Notes under the pieces: generated by a model | The model's input: the letters and a program-made list of their open reading frames with translations, nothing else | What the model was told of the DNA's origin: nothing | The model's database searches: none | Shown: piece by piece, positions 21,052-29,812 of the stretch | Position numbering within the stretch: position 1 is the first letter of the stretch | How the letters are laid out: each line of letters begins with the position of its first letter | Position numbers and translations under genes: made by a program | From: Candidatus Daviesbacteria bacterium | Lineage (GTDB): Bacteria > Patescibacteriota > Microgenomatia > Daviesbacterales > UBA10151 | NCBI GenBank assembly: GCA_016176405.1 | Contig: JACOXG010000013.1 | Span: forward strand, 398-64,397 | DNA: 64,000 nt | Reading direction: 5' to 3'

Positions 21052-21978
21052 CTAAGCAGCAAATATTTTTGCATATTTTCCTAAAGTTGTTTGGGCTGGT
21101 CTTTCAAAAAATGCCCGGGTTACAAAACGAGTAATCTTTTTTAACTCAAGTCTACTTAAAATCTTTCTTGACACATCTAAATAATATTGACCTGCTGTTA
21201 TTTGGTCTTGGTACCATCTTCTCATTGGATGATACCCAGCAAACTGTTCTACCCTATCTACCCTAAGTGCTTCTAATTCAACTCCATATCTTTTAATATC
21301 CTCTTCTGACATATTAATCAACCCATCTCTAAAATCTTTGGGAAAATCTCTTAAATTAAACATGGTTCTGACTGCTAAACTTAAAGGGTCAAAATTACGA
21401 TGATCACATGTTTCCCCAGCAACTTTTAAAGCTCCTCTAATACAAGCTGGGTCTAGCTGACCAAAATATTCATCCAGTTCTTGCTGAGTTAAAATTCTTC
21501 TCTCTCTAGCCCTTTCTTCATCAAAAATAATTGAATCTAAGATGTCAAAAGATTCCTGACTTAAATCAACACCAAGTTTTCTTGAAGTAGAGTAATAATC
21601 TGCCAGTAATATATCCTCTTTATCTCCATAGATAGTTGATTCAGGTTGAGAAAATAACTGATGAATAGTACCTTTTTTATGCTGTAAAAATTCCTCTCTA
21701 CTTTTATACCAAGGCGAAAGAGGTCTATCCTTATCAGCAATATCATCAATAAACCTCCAGTAAAAATTAGCAGATCTAAAAAGCCTTGACTCCTCAGAAT
21801 AGATTAATCCAAATCCCCACATAGCTGCAAAATATGATCCATATTGGATAAAACCCCTTTTACCTCTACTTGTTAAAGTTTCCCATCCAATAGATCTTTG
21901 AAGTTTATCTGCCTCAGCTTGTAAAACTTTTGGTTGGGCAAGAAGATTTGATAAGTTGACGTTTTCCTGCTCTCTCAT
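21052..21978 (-). CDS. hypothetical protein, possibly squalene/phytoene synthase-like (isoprenoid synthase fold)
   Basis: YWRFIDDIADKD resembles the first Asp-rich motif of head-to-head prenyl synthases. Otherwise weak. Confidence 0.3.
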   Translation of the reverse strand: MREQENVNLSNLLAQPKVLQAEADKLQRSIGWETLTSRGKRGFIQYGSYFAAMWGFGLIYSEESRLFRSANFYWRFIDDIADKDRPLSPWYKSREEFLQHKKGTIHQLFSQPESTIYGDKEDILLADYYSTSRKLGVDLSQESFDILDSIIFDEERARERRILTQQELDEYFGQLDPACIRGALKVAGETCDHRNFDPLSLAVRTMFNLRDFPKDFRDGLINMSEEDIKRYGVELEALRVDRVEQFAGYHPMRRWYQDQITAGQYYLDVSRKILSRLELKKITRFVTRAFFERPAQTTLGKYAKIFAA

Positions 21979-22307
21979 TAACCAATTTCATCCTCACTGA
22001 GCAGTTTATAAATTTCTAAAGGAATTTCTTCATAAGGATGAGTTTTCTTAATTGCTGCTACCACATCCTTTACTTTTTCTTTATCACAGATTACCTCAAT
22101 TCTTTCTTCCTCAACTTCTGTTAATTTCCCAACTTTCCCAATAGTTGGTTGCGTCCCTTGCCCTGGAATAAACCTACCAATTCCTTTAGTTGAAAATGAA
22201 GCATGATGATATTTTCCTAAAACTCCAGCCCCTGCATCCCCCATAGCCTGTCTCATTTTATTTGCATCTTTAATCGGCACAAAAGTAATAATTTTAACTA
22301 GGTTCAT
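21978..22307 (-). CDS. small PII/CutA-like fold protein (hypothetical)
   Basis: 109 aa; C-terminal KTHPYEEIPLEIYKL resembles the CutA/Nif3-insert HPYExP motif. Confidence 0.3.
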   Translation of the reverse strand: MNLVKIITFVPIKDANKMRQAMGDAGAGVLGKYHHASFSTKGIGRFIPGQGTQPTIGKVGKLTEVEEERIEVICDKEKVKDVVAAIKKTHPYEEIPLEIYKLLSEDEIG

Positions 22308-23043
22308 GTTCTCCCCTAGCTATTGCTATAAAATTACTAAATAATTGTCTACCATGTTGTGCCATGGTAACTGCCTTAATAAGAGCTTGTTCTTTTAACT
22401 TGTTTTCATCAATCTCAAAATCTTCATGAATCCACTGCCTACCCTCCTTAATCCATTCATTAATCATAAAAGGGGTTGCTTCTAAATGAAATAATATTCC
22501 GAAAGCTATTGTCATTCCCTTACCGTAGGAAAATGCCTGATTCTCGCAATTAGGTGAGGTGGCTAGGCGTACGGCCCCCTTTGGTAGATCAAACTCATCT
22601 CCATGCCATTCTAATACTTCTAAAGGTGATGGTAGATTATTAAAAAGATAATGACCTTCCTCTCTTCTAGTTGAGGTAACATTAGAAAAGCCTATTCCCT
22701 TTGTACCAGCATAAACTTTTGCCCCTAAAGCTTCTGCTATTAATTGACTCCCCAAACATATTCCCAATATAGGTACCCCTGCCTTTAAAGCTGATTTAAT
22801 TACAGCCATTTCAAAATCTTTTGAGGGAAAATCTTGTGGCTGATAAACAGACATCGGTCCTCCCATAATTACCAAACCATCGTATAAATTATCCCGATAT
22901 CTTTTGGCTAACCTAGGCCTAGGATTTTTCCATAATTGAAGAGTATTCAGCTCAACATTCTGTTCCTCTGCTACTTGAGCATATATTCCCATATGCTCAT
23001 ATGGCACATGTTGTAAAACAAGAAATTCTAATTTCTCTCTCAT
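22294..23043 (-). CDS. class I glutamine amidotransferase-like protein
   Basis: ILGICLGSQLIAEALG nucleophile elbow (Cys in GxCxG) and a downstream His/Glu region. Confidence 0.65.
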   Translation of the reverse strand: MREKLEFLVLQHVPYEHMGIYAQVAEEQNVELNTLQLWKNPRPRLAKRYRDNLYDGLVIMGGPMSVYQPQDFPSKDFEMAVIKSALKAGVPILGICLGSQLIAEALGAKVYAGTKGIGFSNVTSTRREEGHYLFNNLPSPLEVLEWHGDEFDLPKGAVRLATSPNCENQAFSYGKGMTIAFGILFHLEATPFMINEWIKEGRQWIHEDFEIDENKLKEQALIKAVTMAQHGRQLFSNFIAIARGEHEPS

Positions 23044-24362
23044 TCTGGTGTGGGAACTGGAGCAGGTTTTGTATATTTATCCAAAGTCTGTTTTACTCCT
23101 GATGCCACTGTTTGTAAAGCACCTAAAGGATCAGCTCCAGCTAAAGTACTATTTATCCCATCCTCCCAATATTTAATTATTTCCACATTGATCCCGCTAT
23201 CACCTTCCTGAGTATTAGAACATAAATACCAACTTTTATAAATTGGTCCCTGTTTAACCACTGCCCCCACCCAAGGATCATTAATCAACTCACTTTGTAA
23301 AGAAACCAAAGAATATGGTTCTCCAAACAGTCTCACGTTGGAGGCTTCAGCATACATCAGTTTCTCAGCTTCCTCTGATGTTAAAAATTTGACAAATTGC
23401 CAGGCTTCTTTGGGATGTTTAGAATTTTTGGAAACAGCTTCTGCCCAAAAGCTTCCGTAAGCTACCTGATTTTGCGAGGACAGTTGAGGTACTGGCGCTG
23501 TCTTAAAATTTAAATTGGGATTGGCCACTCTAATCTCGTGTGCTCTCCAAGATGGAGCAAAGTAAAATCCTAACCTGCCAGAAACAAACATATCTGTTGA
23601 GCGCGGCAGATTAACATCCCAGGTTTTTCTCCCAGGATTTGTCACAAAACCTGTATAAAATCTTAATACATCTGCTGTCAAATCTGTGGCAGGATTGTCT
23701 AAATCTACATTTGGTTGCTGAAAAAGCAGTAGTCCCAAAAGATCGCTCCAATGATCTACATTTGAGGCGGTCCCCACTCCTGCCCCAGCTGTTTTGATAC
23801 CACTACTATCCCTCACAGTCATTTTGGTGGCTATATCAATAAACTCTGGCCAAGTGGTGGGAATTACTCCTCCCACTCCATTTAAAATATCGACATTATA
23901 AAAAAGTACCAACCCATCTATTTCCATGGGGGCAGCATAAATTTGACCCCCTTTAACAAAACTAGTATTAGCAACTGGATAAAACAAGTTCTTATAATCT
24001 GCAATTGTCAAAACATCGGCTGGCGCAGGATATAAATCTTGCTCAAACATAGGCAGCCAGCTGTTATGCATTCTAAAGACATCCGGCCCCACCCCTTCTC
24101 TAATTTGGGTTTGGACTCTGGTTCTATAATTGACAGAAGATTGACGCTGATAAGTAACTTTAATATTGGGATGTTGTTTTTCAAACTCTGCAATAGCCCC
24201 TTTGACTAAATTCTCCTCTTCCCATAAGCCCCAATAGGTTAAAGTAACTGGCCCCTGCGGTTCTTTTTGAGAAAACAAACCAGTAATATTCGGCCCAAAT
24301 TTCCAAACCAAAAATCCCAAAATAATACTTAAAGATAAAACAATAATAATTATTTTTTTCAT
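23040..24362 (-). CDS. ABC transporter substrate-binding protein (family 1 / sugar-type), orphan
   Basis: N-terminal TM/signal, then LTYWGLWEE...FEKQHPNIKVTY typical of SBP_bac_1. No permease or ATPase genes are adjacent. Confidence 0.65.
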   Translation of the reverse strand: MKKIIIIVLSLSIILGFLVWKFGPNITGLFSQKEPQGPVTLTYWGLWEEENLVKGAIAEFEKQHPNIKVTYQRQSSVNYRTRVQTQIREGVGPDVFRMHNSWLPMFEQDLYPAPADVLTIADYKNLFYPVANTSFVKGGQIYAAPMEIDGLVLFYNVDILNGVGGVIPTTWPEFIDIATKMTVRDSSGIKTAGAGVGTASNVDHWSDLLGLLLFQQPNVDLDNPATDLTADVLRFYTGFVTNPGRKTWDVNLPRSTDMFVSGRLGFYFAPSWRAHEIRVANPNLNFKTAPVPQLSSQNQVAYGSFWAEAVSKNSKHPKEAWQFVKFLTSEEAEKLMYAEASNVRLFGEPYSLVSLQSELINDPWVGAVVKQGPIYKSWYLCSNTQEGDSGINVEIIKYWEDGINSTLAGADPLGALQTVASGVKQTLDKYTKPAPVPTPE

Positions 24363-24413
24363 AATCCAATCTGACCCAACATTCTTTCAATTATATCCTA
24401 AAAAGATTAAAAT

Positions 24414-26213
24414 ATGCGTATGGCCAAGGCCAAAACAACCAAATCTAAAAAAACTCTCTTCAAATGGGTTAAAAGAGGCTTAGCTATTACAAAACCAAAC
24501 TTACTGCCAGCCACCTTAACCATACTGCTCATAATTTTTATCCTATTAACTTATCAATTTATCATGGCCAATAAATTTTATCCCCTCACCTTCCTAGGTG
24601 ACACCAATGTCAGTTTTTTAACAAAATCCCAGGCCAAATTCGCTTTAGATAATAAATTTAATCAAAGAAAAAATCAAAAATTAACCTATGGAGATTTTAC
24701 TATTGATCTATCAACTGCCTCAGCCCAACTAAATTATGAAGTCTTAGATCAAGCTTATCAGATTGGTCGAAGCGGTAGTATTTGGGAAAGAATCACAGAT
24801 CAATTTAAAGCCTTAGTCTTAAAAGCCAATTTTAAGCCAAAAATTTCTTTAAGTTTAGACAAACAACTTGAACCAATTTCTACCAACCTCTATAAAGCAT
24901 CAAAAAATGCTCAGCTGATATTCGATGAAAAAACTAATTTAGAAGGCTCACCTTCTGCTAGTATTCAAATTATTCCTGCAGAGAATGGCATGGAGTTAGA
25001 TAAAGAGGCTTTAACTTCCGATCTGGAAAACTATTTACTCTTTGGCTACTCCCAATCTGAGTTACCAAGAAAGATTGTCCAACCAAAAGTAACCACCCAA
25101 CAAGTTGAGCTGGCCAAGCAGGCTTTGGAATCTCTCAAAGATCAGTCAATTAGCTTAAAATTTAAAGGTGATATTTGGTTAGTTGATACTAAACAACTGT
25201 TGACCCTGTTGGATTTACAATCTGGTTCTGATCTGTTACTAGATAAAGAGAAAACTTATGCCTTTTTGGAAAAGATTGCCGCGGAAATTGATCAAGATGT
25301 CCAGGAGGCCCTTTTTGAGTTTGACCCTCAAACCAAAAGAGTCAGCGCCTTTAAACCATCTCAGGAAGGTTACAAGCTGGATGTTGATAAGACTTATCAG
25401 CTTTTGACAGAGGCTTTGACAGAAACTCATGCCAAAAGTATCAACTTGCCGGTTGAGATCTTAAAACCCAAAATTGAAACAGCCAATGTCAATTCTTTGG
25501 GTATTAAAGAGCTGATTGGTCGGGGTATTTCTAATTTTAAAGGTTCAATTGTCAATAGGATCTACAATATAAATTTGGCTGCCTCGCGTATCAATGGCCT
25601 CCTTATTCCTCCAGGAGAGGCTTTCTCTTTTAATGGCCAGGTGGGTGATATTTCCGCTGCCTCAGGTTATAAACAAGCTTATGTGATCAAGAGTGGCAGG
25701 ACTGTTTTGGATGATGGAGGTGGAGTTTGTCAAGTTTCCACCACTGTTTTTAGGGCGGTGTTAAATTCTGGTTTACCAGTTACTCAAAGAGTGGCTCATG
25801 CTTACAGAGTTAGTTATTACGAGCAAGGCTTTCCAGTGGGATTGGATGCCACGATTTTCTCCCCTTCGGTTGATTTTAAATTTAAAAATGATACCCCAAA
25901 TCATATTTTAATCCAAGCTTACATTGCTGGTACTACTTTATACGTAGATTTTTATGGCACTTCAGATGGCAGGGTGGCCACTATCTCCAAATCTATTGTC
26001 ACTAATCTGACTTCTCCTCCACCAGAGTTAAGACAAGATGATCCCACTTTACCTAAAGGTGAAGTTAAACAAGTTGATTTTCCCGCCTGGGGAGCCAATG
26101 TCTCATTTAGTAGAACTGTAACCAGAGGAAGTGAAACATTAATTTCAGAAACATTTAAGTCTAACTATAAGGCATGGCAGGCAGTGTATCTGGTGGGTAC
26201 CAAAGAAAACTAA
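24414..26213 (+). CDS. VanW/YoaR-family protein with a C-terminal G5-like domain
   Basis: N-terminal TM; VanW core (GEAFSFNG...DDGGGVCQVSTTVFRAVLNSGLP...RVAHAY); C-terminal LPKGEVKQV...VTRGSE G5-like module. Confidence 0.75.
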   Translation: MRMAKAKTTKSKKTLFKWVKRGLAITKPNLLPATLTILLIIFILLTYQFIMANKFYPLTFLGDTNVSFLTKSQAKFALDNKFNQRKNQKLTYGDFTIDLSTASAQLNYEVLDQAYQIGRSGSIWERITDQFKALVLKANFKPKISLSLDKQLEPISTNLYKASKNAQLIFDEKTNLEGSPSASIQIIPAENGMELDKEALTSDLENYLLFGYSQSELPRKIVQPKVTTQQVELAKQALESLKDQSISLKFKGDIWLVDTKQLLTLLDLQSGSDLLLDKEKTYAFLEKIAAEIDQDVQEALFEFDPQTKRVSAFKPSQEGYKLDVDKTYQLLTEALTETHAKSINLPVEILKPKIETANVNSLGIKELIGRGISNFKGSIVNRIYNINLAASRINGLLIPPGEAFSFNGQVGDISAASGYKQAYVIKSGRTVLDDGGGVCQVSTTVFRAVLNSGLPVTQRVAHAYRVSYYEQGFPVGLDATIFSPSVDFKFKNDTPNHILIQAYIAGTTLYVDFYGTSDGRVATISKSIVTNLTSPPPELRQDDPTLPKGEVKQVDFPAWGANVSFSRTVTRGSETLISETFKSNYKAWQAVYLVGTKEN

Positions 26214-26215
26214 AA

Positions 26216-26599
26216 TTACTTTAAGGCGGACAATTTTTGATCAAAAGTAAAAATATCCACCTCTTCAATTTCTGATTTAGCAACCAGAAAACAATCAACC
26301 AAACTTAAATTTTTCTCTTTATAGATATTTAATGCTCTTTGAAAAATCTCTTTATCTTGAATATCTAAGTAAGCTACACCGACTATTGATTGGAGTCTAT
26401 CAATAATCTCATTTTTAGGAAAAAGGTAATATTTACTGAGAATAAACTCTATTTCAAAAATAATTATTTGAGGAACTACTAGGTTTAATTTTTTATCTTT
26501 TGCCTTTTGAAGTAACTGTGCTGCTTTCTTTTGCTGAGCTGGTACATCATTTAGAAAAAACCTCAGGAAGATATTGGCATCGGCAAGTAGCGATTTCAT
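26216..26599 (-). CDS. vapC: PIN-domain toxin VapC
   Basis: Starts MKSLLADANIF with the conserved acidic residues of a PIN domain; overlaps the upstream antitoxin gene by 4 nt. Confidence 0.7.
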   Translation of the reverse strand: MKSLLADANIFLRFFLNDVPAQQKKAAQLLQKAKDKKLNLVVPQIIIFEIEFILSKYYLFPKNEIIDRLQSIVGVAYLDIQDKEIFQRALNIYKEKNLSLVDCFLVAKSEIEEVDIFTFDQKLSALK

Positions 26600-26856
26600 C
26601 GCTTTTTATCTTTTCTCGCATACTCCTTCACTATATAATCTGAAAATAACTCGTGTACTTGACTATCTGATAAAGGTTTTTTATTACTTTTTAATGACCC
26701 TCCTAACTCTAGTAGGTCTTTAACCGGCTCCAGTATAAGCTTACCGTCTTTTTCTTCTATAAAGGCTAGTTTATTTTTTCCAAACCCAAGTTTACGTCTA
26801 AGCTTTGCCGGGATACTAATTTGTCCTTGAGAGGTAACTGAAACTGTATAAACCAT
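26596..26856 (-). CDS. vapB: AbrB/MazE-fold antitoxin VapB
   Basis: MVYTVSVTSQGQISIPAKLRRKLG is a SpoVT/AbrB swapped-hairpin motif; 86 aa; operonic with the PIN gene. Confidence 0.65.
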   Translation of the reverse strand: MVYTVSVTSQGQISIPAKLRRKLGFGKNKLAFIEEKDGKLILEPVKDLLELGGSLKSNKKPLSDSQVHELFSDYIVKEYARKDKKR

Positions 26857-26857
26857 A

Positions 26858-26903
26858 CATTAAATATACCATATTACATTAAATTTGTCAAATCACATTA
26901 AAT
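26858..26903. promoter_or_regulatory. three CATTAAAT direct repeats at exact 19-bp spacing immediately upstream of vapB; candidate antitoxin operator
   Basis: CATTAAAT at 26858, 26877 and 26896, read directly from the sequence. Confidence 0.45.
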
Positions 26904-26985
26904 TTGCATTTTTAATTACAGTAAGCTATATACTTAGGCTATTTCAACTAACTATATTGGAACTTACTTCTGATATACTTTCTTT

Positions 26986-27651
26986 ATGATTAAAGCAATC
27001 ATTTTTGATGCAGGTGGACTTTTATATAAAAGAGGTGACGCGATTGAAGCTCTTAAAAAAGATCTTCTAGTGCAATTTGGATATCAAGGTAACTATAAAG
27101 ACTTTGAAAAAGCTTATATAAAAGAAAAGTTCAGTGGCTATATTCAACAAAAATCAGTTGAGGAAATGTTTAAAGATATCCTTTCAACTATTGGACTAAA
27201 ATTGGACTCTTATCAATTATTAGAATTTATTCATCAATTTAATACAATTCATAAAAAGATTGCGCCATCAGAATATGCAATTTCAACTTTATCAAAGCTT
27301 AAAGAAATGGGGTTAAAAATATGTATTCTCACTGATAGCTTTTACAATGAGGAAGAAAAATGGAATTGGTTTAAAAGAATTGGTATGAATCATCTGATTG
27401 ATATCATTGTCACCTCATTTGATATCAAAAAATTAAAAGATTCTAAAGAAGCTTATGAGCAATGCTTAGATAAACTTCAATTAAAACCAGAAGAAGTTAT
27501 ATTTGTGGGTCATCAACAATATGAAATGGATGGAGCAAAGGAAGCAAAAATTATCTCAATCGCAATTGCATCTATCTCTGAACCAAATATTAAAGCAGAC
27601 TTTATCGTTAATTCACTGAAAGAAGTACCAGGATTTATTTCTAATTTGTAG
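26986..27651 (+). CDS. HAD-superfamily hydrolase
   Basis: N-terminal IIFDAGGLL (a DxD-type motif I variant), motif II ILTDS, C-terminal K...GHQQYEMDG. Confidence 0.55.
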   Translation: MIKAIIFDAGGLLYKRGDAIEALKKDLLVQFGYQGNYKDFEKAYIKEKFSGYIQQKSVEEMFKDILSTIGLKLDSYQLLEFIHQFNTIHKKIAPSEYAISTLSKLKEMGLKICILTDSFYNEEEKWNWFKRIGMNHLIDIIVTSFDIKKLKDSKEAYEQCLDKLQLKPEEVIFVGHQQYEMDGAKEAKIISIAIASISEPNIKADFIVNSLKEVPGFISNL

Positions 27652-27655
27652 AAAA

Positions 27656-28180
27656 TTATCTTATGAATCTCTTTGCTAAATAGAGTGCAGCAATCATTCT
27701 AGCCTCTGTAAGTTTCCTATCTTCTATTAATTTTTCAAAATCTTTAAAGGGGTACTCAATAATCTCTAATTCTTCAGGTTCATCACCATCAAGTTTACTA
27801 GGTACTAAATCTCTAGCTAGGAATACATGGGTTCTTTGGGTCAAATATCCGGGGGACATTGTTAAAACTCCTAACTTATCCAATTTCCCCGCCCTATAAC
27901 CAATTTCTTCTTGTAACTCTTTATTGGCAGTTTTCAAATCATCGGAATTGTCCTCTATTCTTCCCTTTGGTAATCCATATTGATATTCGTCTATGGCGTA
28001 GAAGTATTCCTTAACCAGAATTAAATCTCCCTTTGAGTTTATTGGTACTATAAGTGCAGTATCAGATTTTTCCATTATCTGATAGGTTACTTTTTGCCCA
28101 TTTTCCAACTGAAGATCAATATCTTTTATAATAAATAATTTTGTTTTGAAAAGTTCTCTTTCACGAAGTCTTTTTATCAT
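27656..28180 (-). CDS. NUDIX hydrolase (ADP-ribose pyrophosphatase-like)
   Basis: Nudix box GRIEDNSDDLKTANKELQEEIG (GX5EX7REUXEEXGU). Confidence 0.8.
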   Translation of the reverse strand: MIKRLRERELFKTKLFIIKDIDLQLENGQKVTYQIMEKSDTALIVPINSKGDLILVKEYFYAIDEYQYGLPKGRIEDNSDDLKTANKELQEEIGYRAGKLDKLGVLTMSPGYLTQRTHVFLARDLVPSKLDGDEPEELEIIEYPFKDFEKLIEDRKLTEARMIAALYLAKRFIR

Positions 28181-28215
28181 AAATAGATTATAGCAGCTCT
28201 AATACCTCAAATTGG

Positions 28216-28242
28216 CATATTATGGATTTTCCGGGCAAGTTT
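28216..28242 (+). repeat. 27-bp direct repeat (26/27 identical), copy 1, flanking the DUF433/DUF5615 module
   Basis: catatTatggattttccgggcaagttt here versus catatCatggattttccgggcaagttt at 28913-28939, inside the 5' end of the PfkB kinase gene. Confidence 0.7.
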
Positions 28243-28272
28243 CCATAAAGATGTAGTATAATACTTTCTGTT

Positions 28273-28470
28273 ATGACAAATAAATCTACATTGAAGAAAA
28301 ATCTTGTGCCAAAAAGCAGAATCCCTATTTCCTATCTTTTGGATTATATAAAAGAGGGTTTAACCATCTCGGATTTCATAGCTTCATATCCTTGGGTTAA
28401 AAGAAAAGATGTGGAAAAAGCTTTAGAAGAAATTAAAAAGAGAGAATTTACCTCTCGTTATGCCTTCTAA
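28273..28470 (+). CDS. DUF433-family small protein (putative antitoxin)
   Basis: 65 aa; the ...ISYLLDYIKEGLTISDFIASYP... pattern is typical of DUF433; overlaps the downstream partner gene. Confidence 0.5.
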   Translation: MTNKSTLKKNLVPKSRIPISYLLDYIKEGLTISDFIASYPWVKRKDVEKALEEIKKREFTSRYAF

Positions 28471-28864
28471 AAAGAGTAAGCTCCAACTTTATGCTGATGA
28501 ATGTTTTCCAGTCCCAGCAGTAACTTATTTGAAATCCTTAGGTTATTCAATTATTCACTCTTATGATAAAAACTTTATTCAGAAAAGTGATCAGTTTCAT
28601 TTATTAACCAGCAAAAAATTGGGTAGAATTTTAATTACTCTTGATAGAGACTTCAATGATTATGAAACAGCTGATCTTAAAGGGTATCCAGGAGTAATAA
28701 TTATTTCCGCTGGATCTACCACTCCGCTCCACATCATTAAAGTTTGTAAAAAGGTACTGAAATTTATCTCTCAAGATTTGGCAAAAGAATCCCTAATTAA
28801 AGTCACTATAGACAAGCTGATTAAAATCAAGAACGGAGAAATAGTTTATGAAAAATTGCTATGA
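28460..28864 (+). CDS. DUF5615 / Mut7-C-like PIN-like protein (putative toxin partner of DUF433)
   Basis: 134 aa; N-terminal LYADECFP acidic motif typical of PIN-like DUF5615; conserved DUF433-DUF5615 gene pairing. Confidence 0.5.
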   Translation: MPSKKSKLQLYADECFPVPAVTYLKSLGYSIIHSYDKNFIQKSDQFHLLTSKKLGRILITLDRDFNDYETADLKGYPGVIIISAGSTTPLHIIKVCKKVLKFISQDLAKESLIKVTIDKLIKIKNGEIVYEKLL

Positions 28865-28879
28865 TAGAATCATCAAGCA

Positions 28880-29812
28880 ATGATTTTAGTTACTGGCTCT
28901 TTAGCTTTTGATCATATCATGGATTTTCCGGGCAAGTTTGCCGATCATATTCTACCTGATAAAATTCACCAAATTAATCTATCTTTTTTAGTAAATAATC
29001 TATCCAAACAAAAAGGAGGTAATGCCGGCAATATTGCCTATACTTTGGCCTTATTTGGCTGTCCAGTTGCCATAGTTGGATCAGTCGGTGGCGATTTTTC
29101 AGAATATGCTAATTTTTTACAAGATGCTGGTGTAGATGTCTCAAAAATAAAAATTATTGAGGGTGATTCCACTTCATCTGCCTTTATCATGACAGATTTG
29201 GCTGATAATCAAATCACCGCTTTTTATCCAGGGGCCATGAATGAAGCTTCATCCCTTTCACTAAGTGGTGTCCAAAGCGATCTGGTAGTGATATCCCCAA
29301 ATGATCCCAACGCCATGGTAAATTTTGTCAAGCAATGTCAAATCTCCCATACTCCCTACATGTTTGATCCAGGAATGCAGTTGCCAGTTTTATCAGATGA
29401 GCAATTATTACAAGAAATTAGTGCTGCTGAAATTTTAGTTGGTAATGATTATGAAATGGAGCTAATAAAACAAAGAATTAAAGATCAAACATTACTTAAA
29501 AAAATCAAAATCCTAATTACCACTTTAGGAGAAAAAGGATCTTTAATACAGACAAAAGAACAAACCATACAGGTCAATCCAGCCAAACCAGATCAGGTGC
29601 TGGATCCCACAGGTGCAGGTGATGCCTATAGAGCAGGCTTTTTGGCAGGATATATAAAAAATTTAGATCTGAAAACTTGTGGCCAAATGGGCTCGGTTGC
29701 TGCTTGTTATGCAATAGAAAAATATGGTACAACTAATCACAAATTTTCAATTTTGGAATTTTGCCAAAGATATAAGGAGAATTTTGGAGAAGAATTAAAC
29801 TATGAAATATGA
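28880..29812 (+). CDS. PfkB-family carbohydrate/nucleoside kinase (adenosine kinase / ribokinase-like)
   Basis: N-terminal GG motif (KGGNAGNIA); C-terminal DPTGAGDAYRAGFLAG PfkB signature 2. Confidence 0.8.
   Translation: MILVTGSLAFDHIMDFPGKFADHILPDKIHQINLSFLVNNLSKQKGGNAGNIAYTLALFGCPVAIVGSVGGDFSEYANFLQDAGVDVSKIKIIEGDSTSSAFIMTDLADNQITAFYPGAMNEASSLSLSGVQSDLVVISPNDPNAMVNFVKQCQISHTPYMFDPGMQLPVLSDEQLLQEISAAEILVGNDYEMELIKQRIKDQTLLKKIKILITTLGEKGSLIQTKEQTIQVNPAKPDQVLDPTGAGDAYRAGFLAGYIKNLDLKTCGQMGSVAACYAIEKYGTTNHKFSILEFCQRYKENFGEELNYEI
28913..28939 (+). repeat. 27-bp direct repeat copy 2 (within the 5' end of the PfkB kinase gene)
   Basis: See 28216-28242. Confidence 0.7.
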
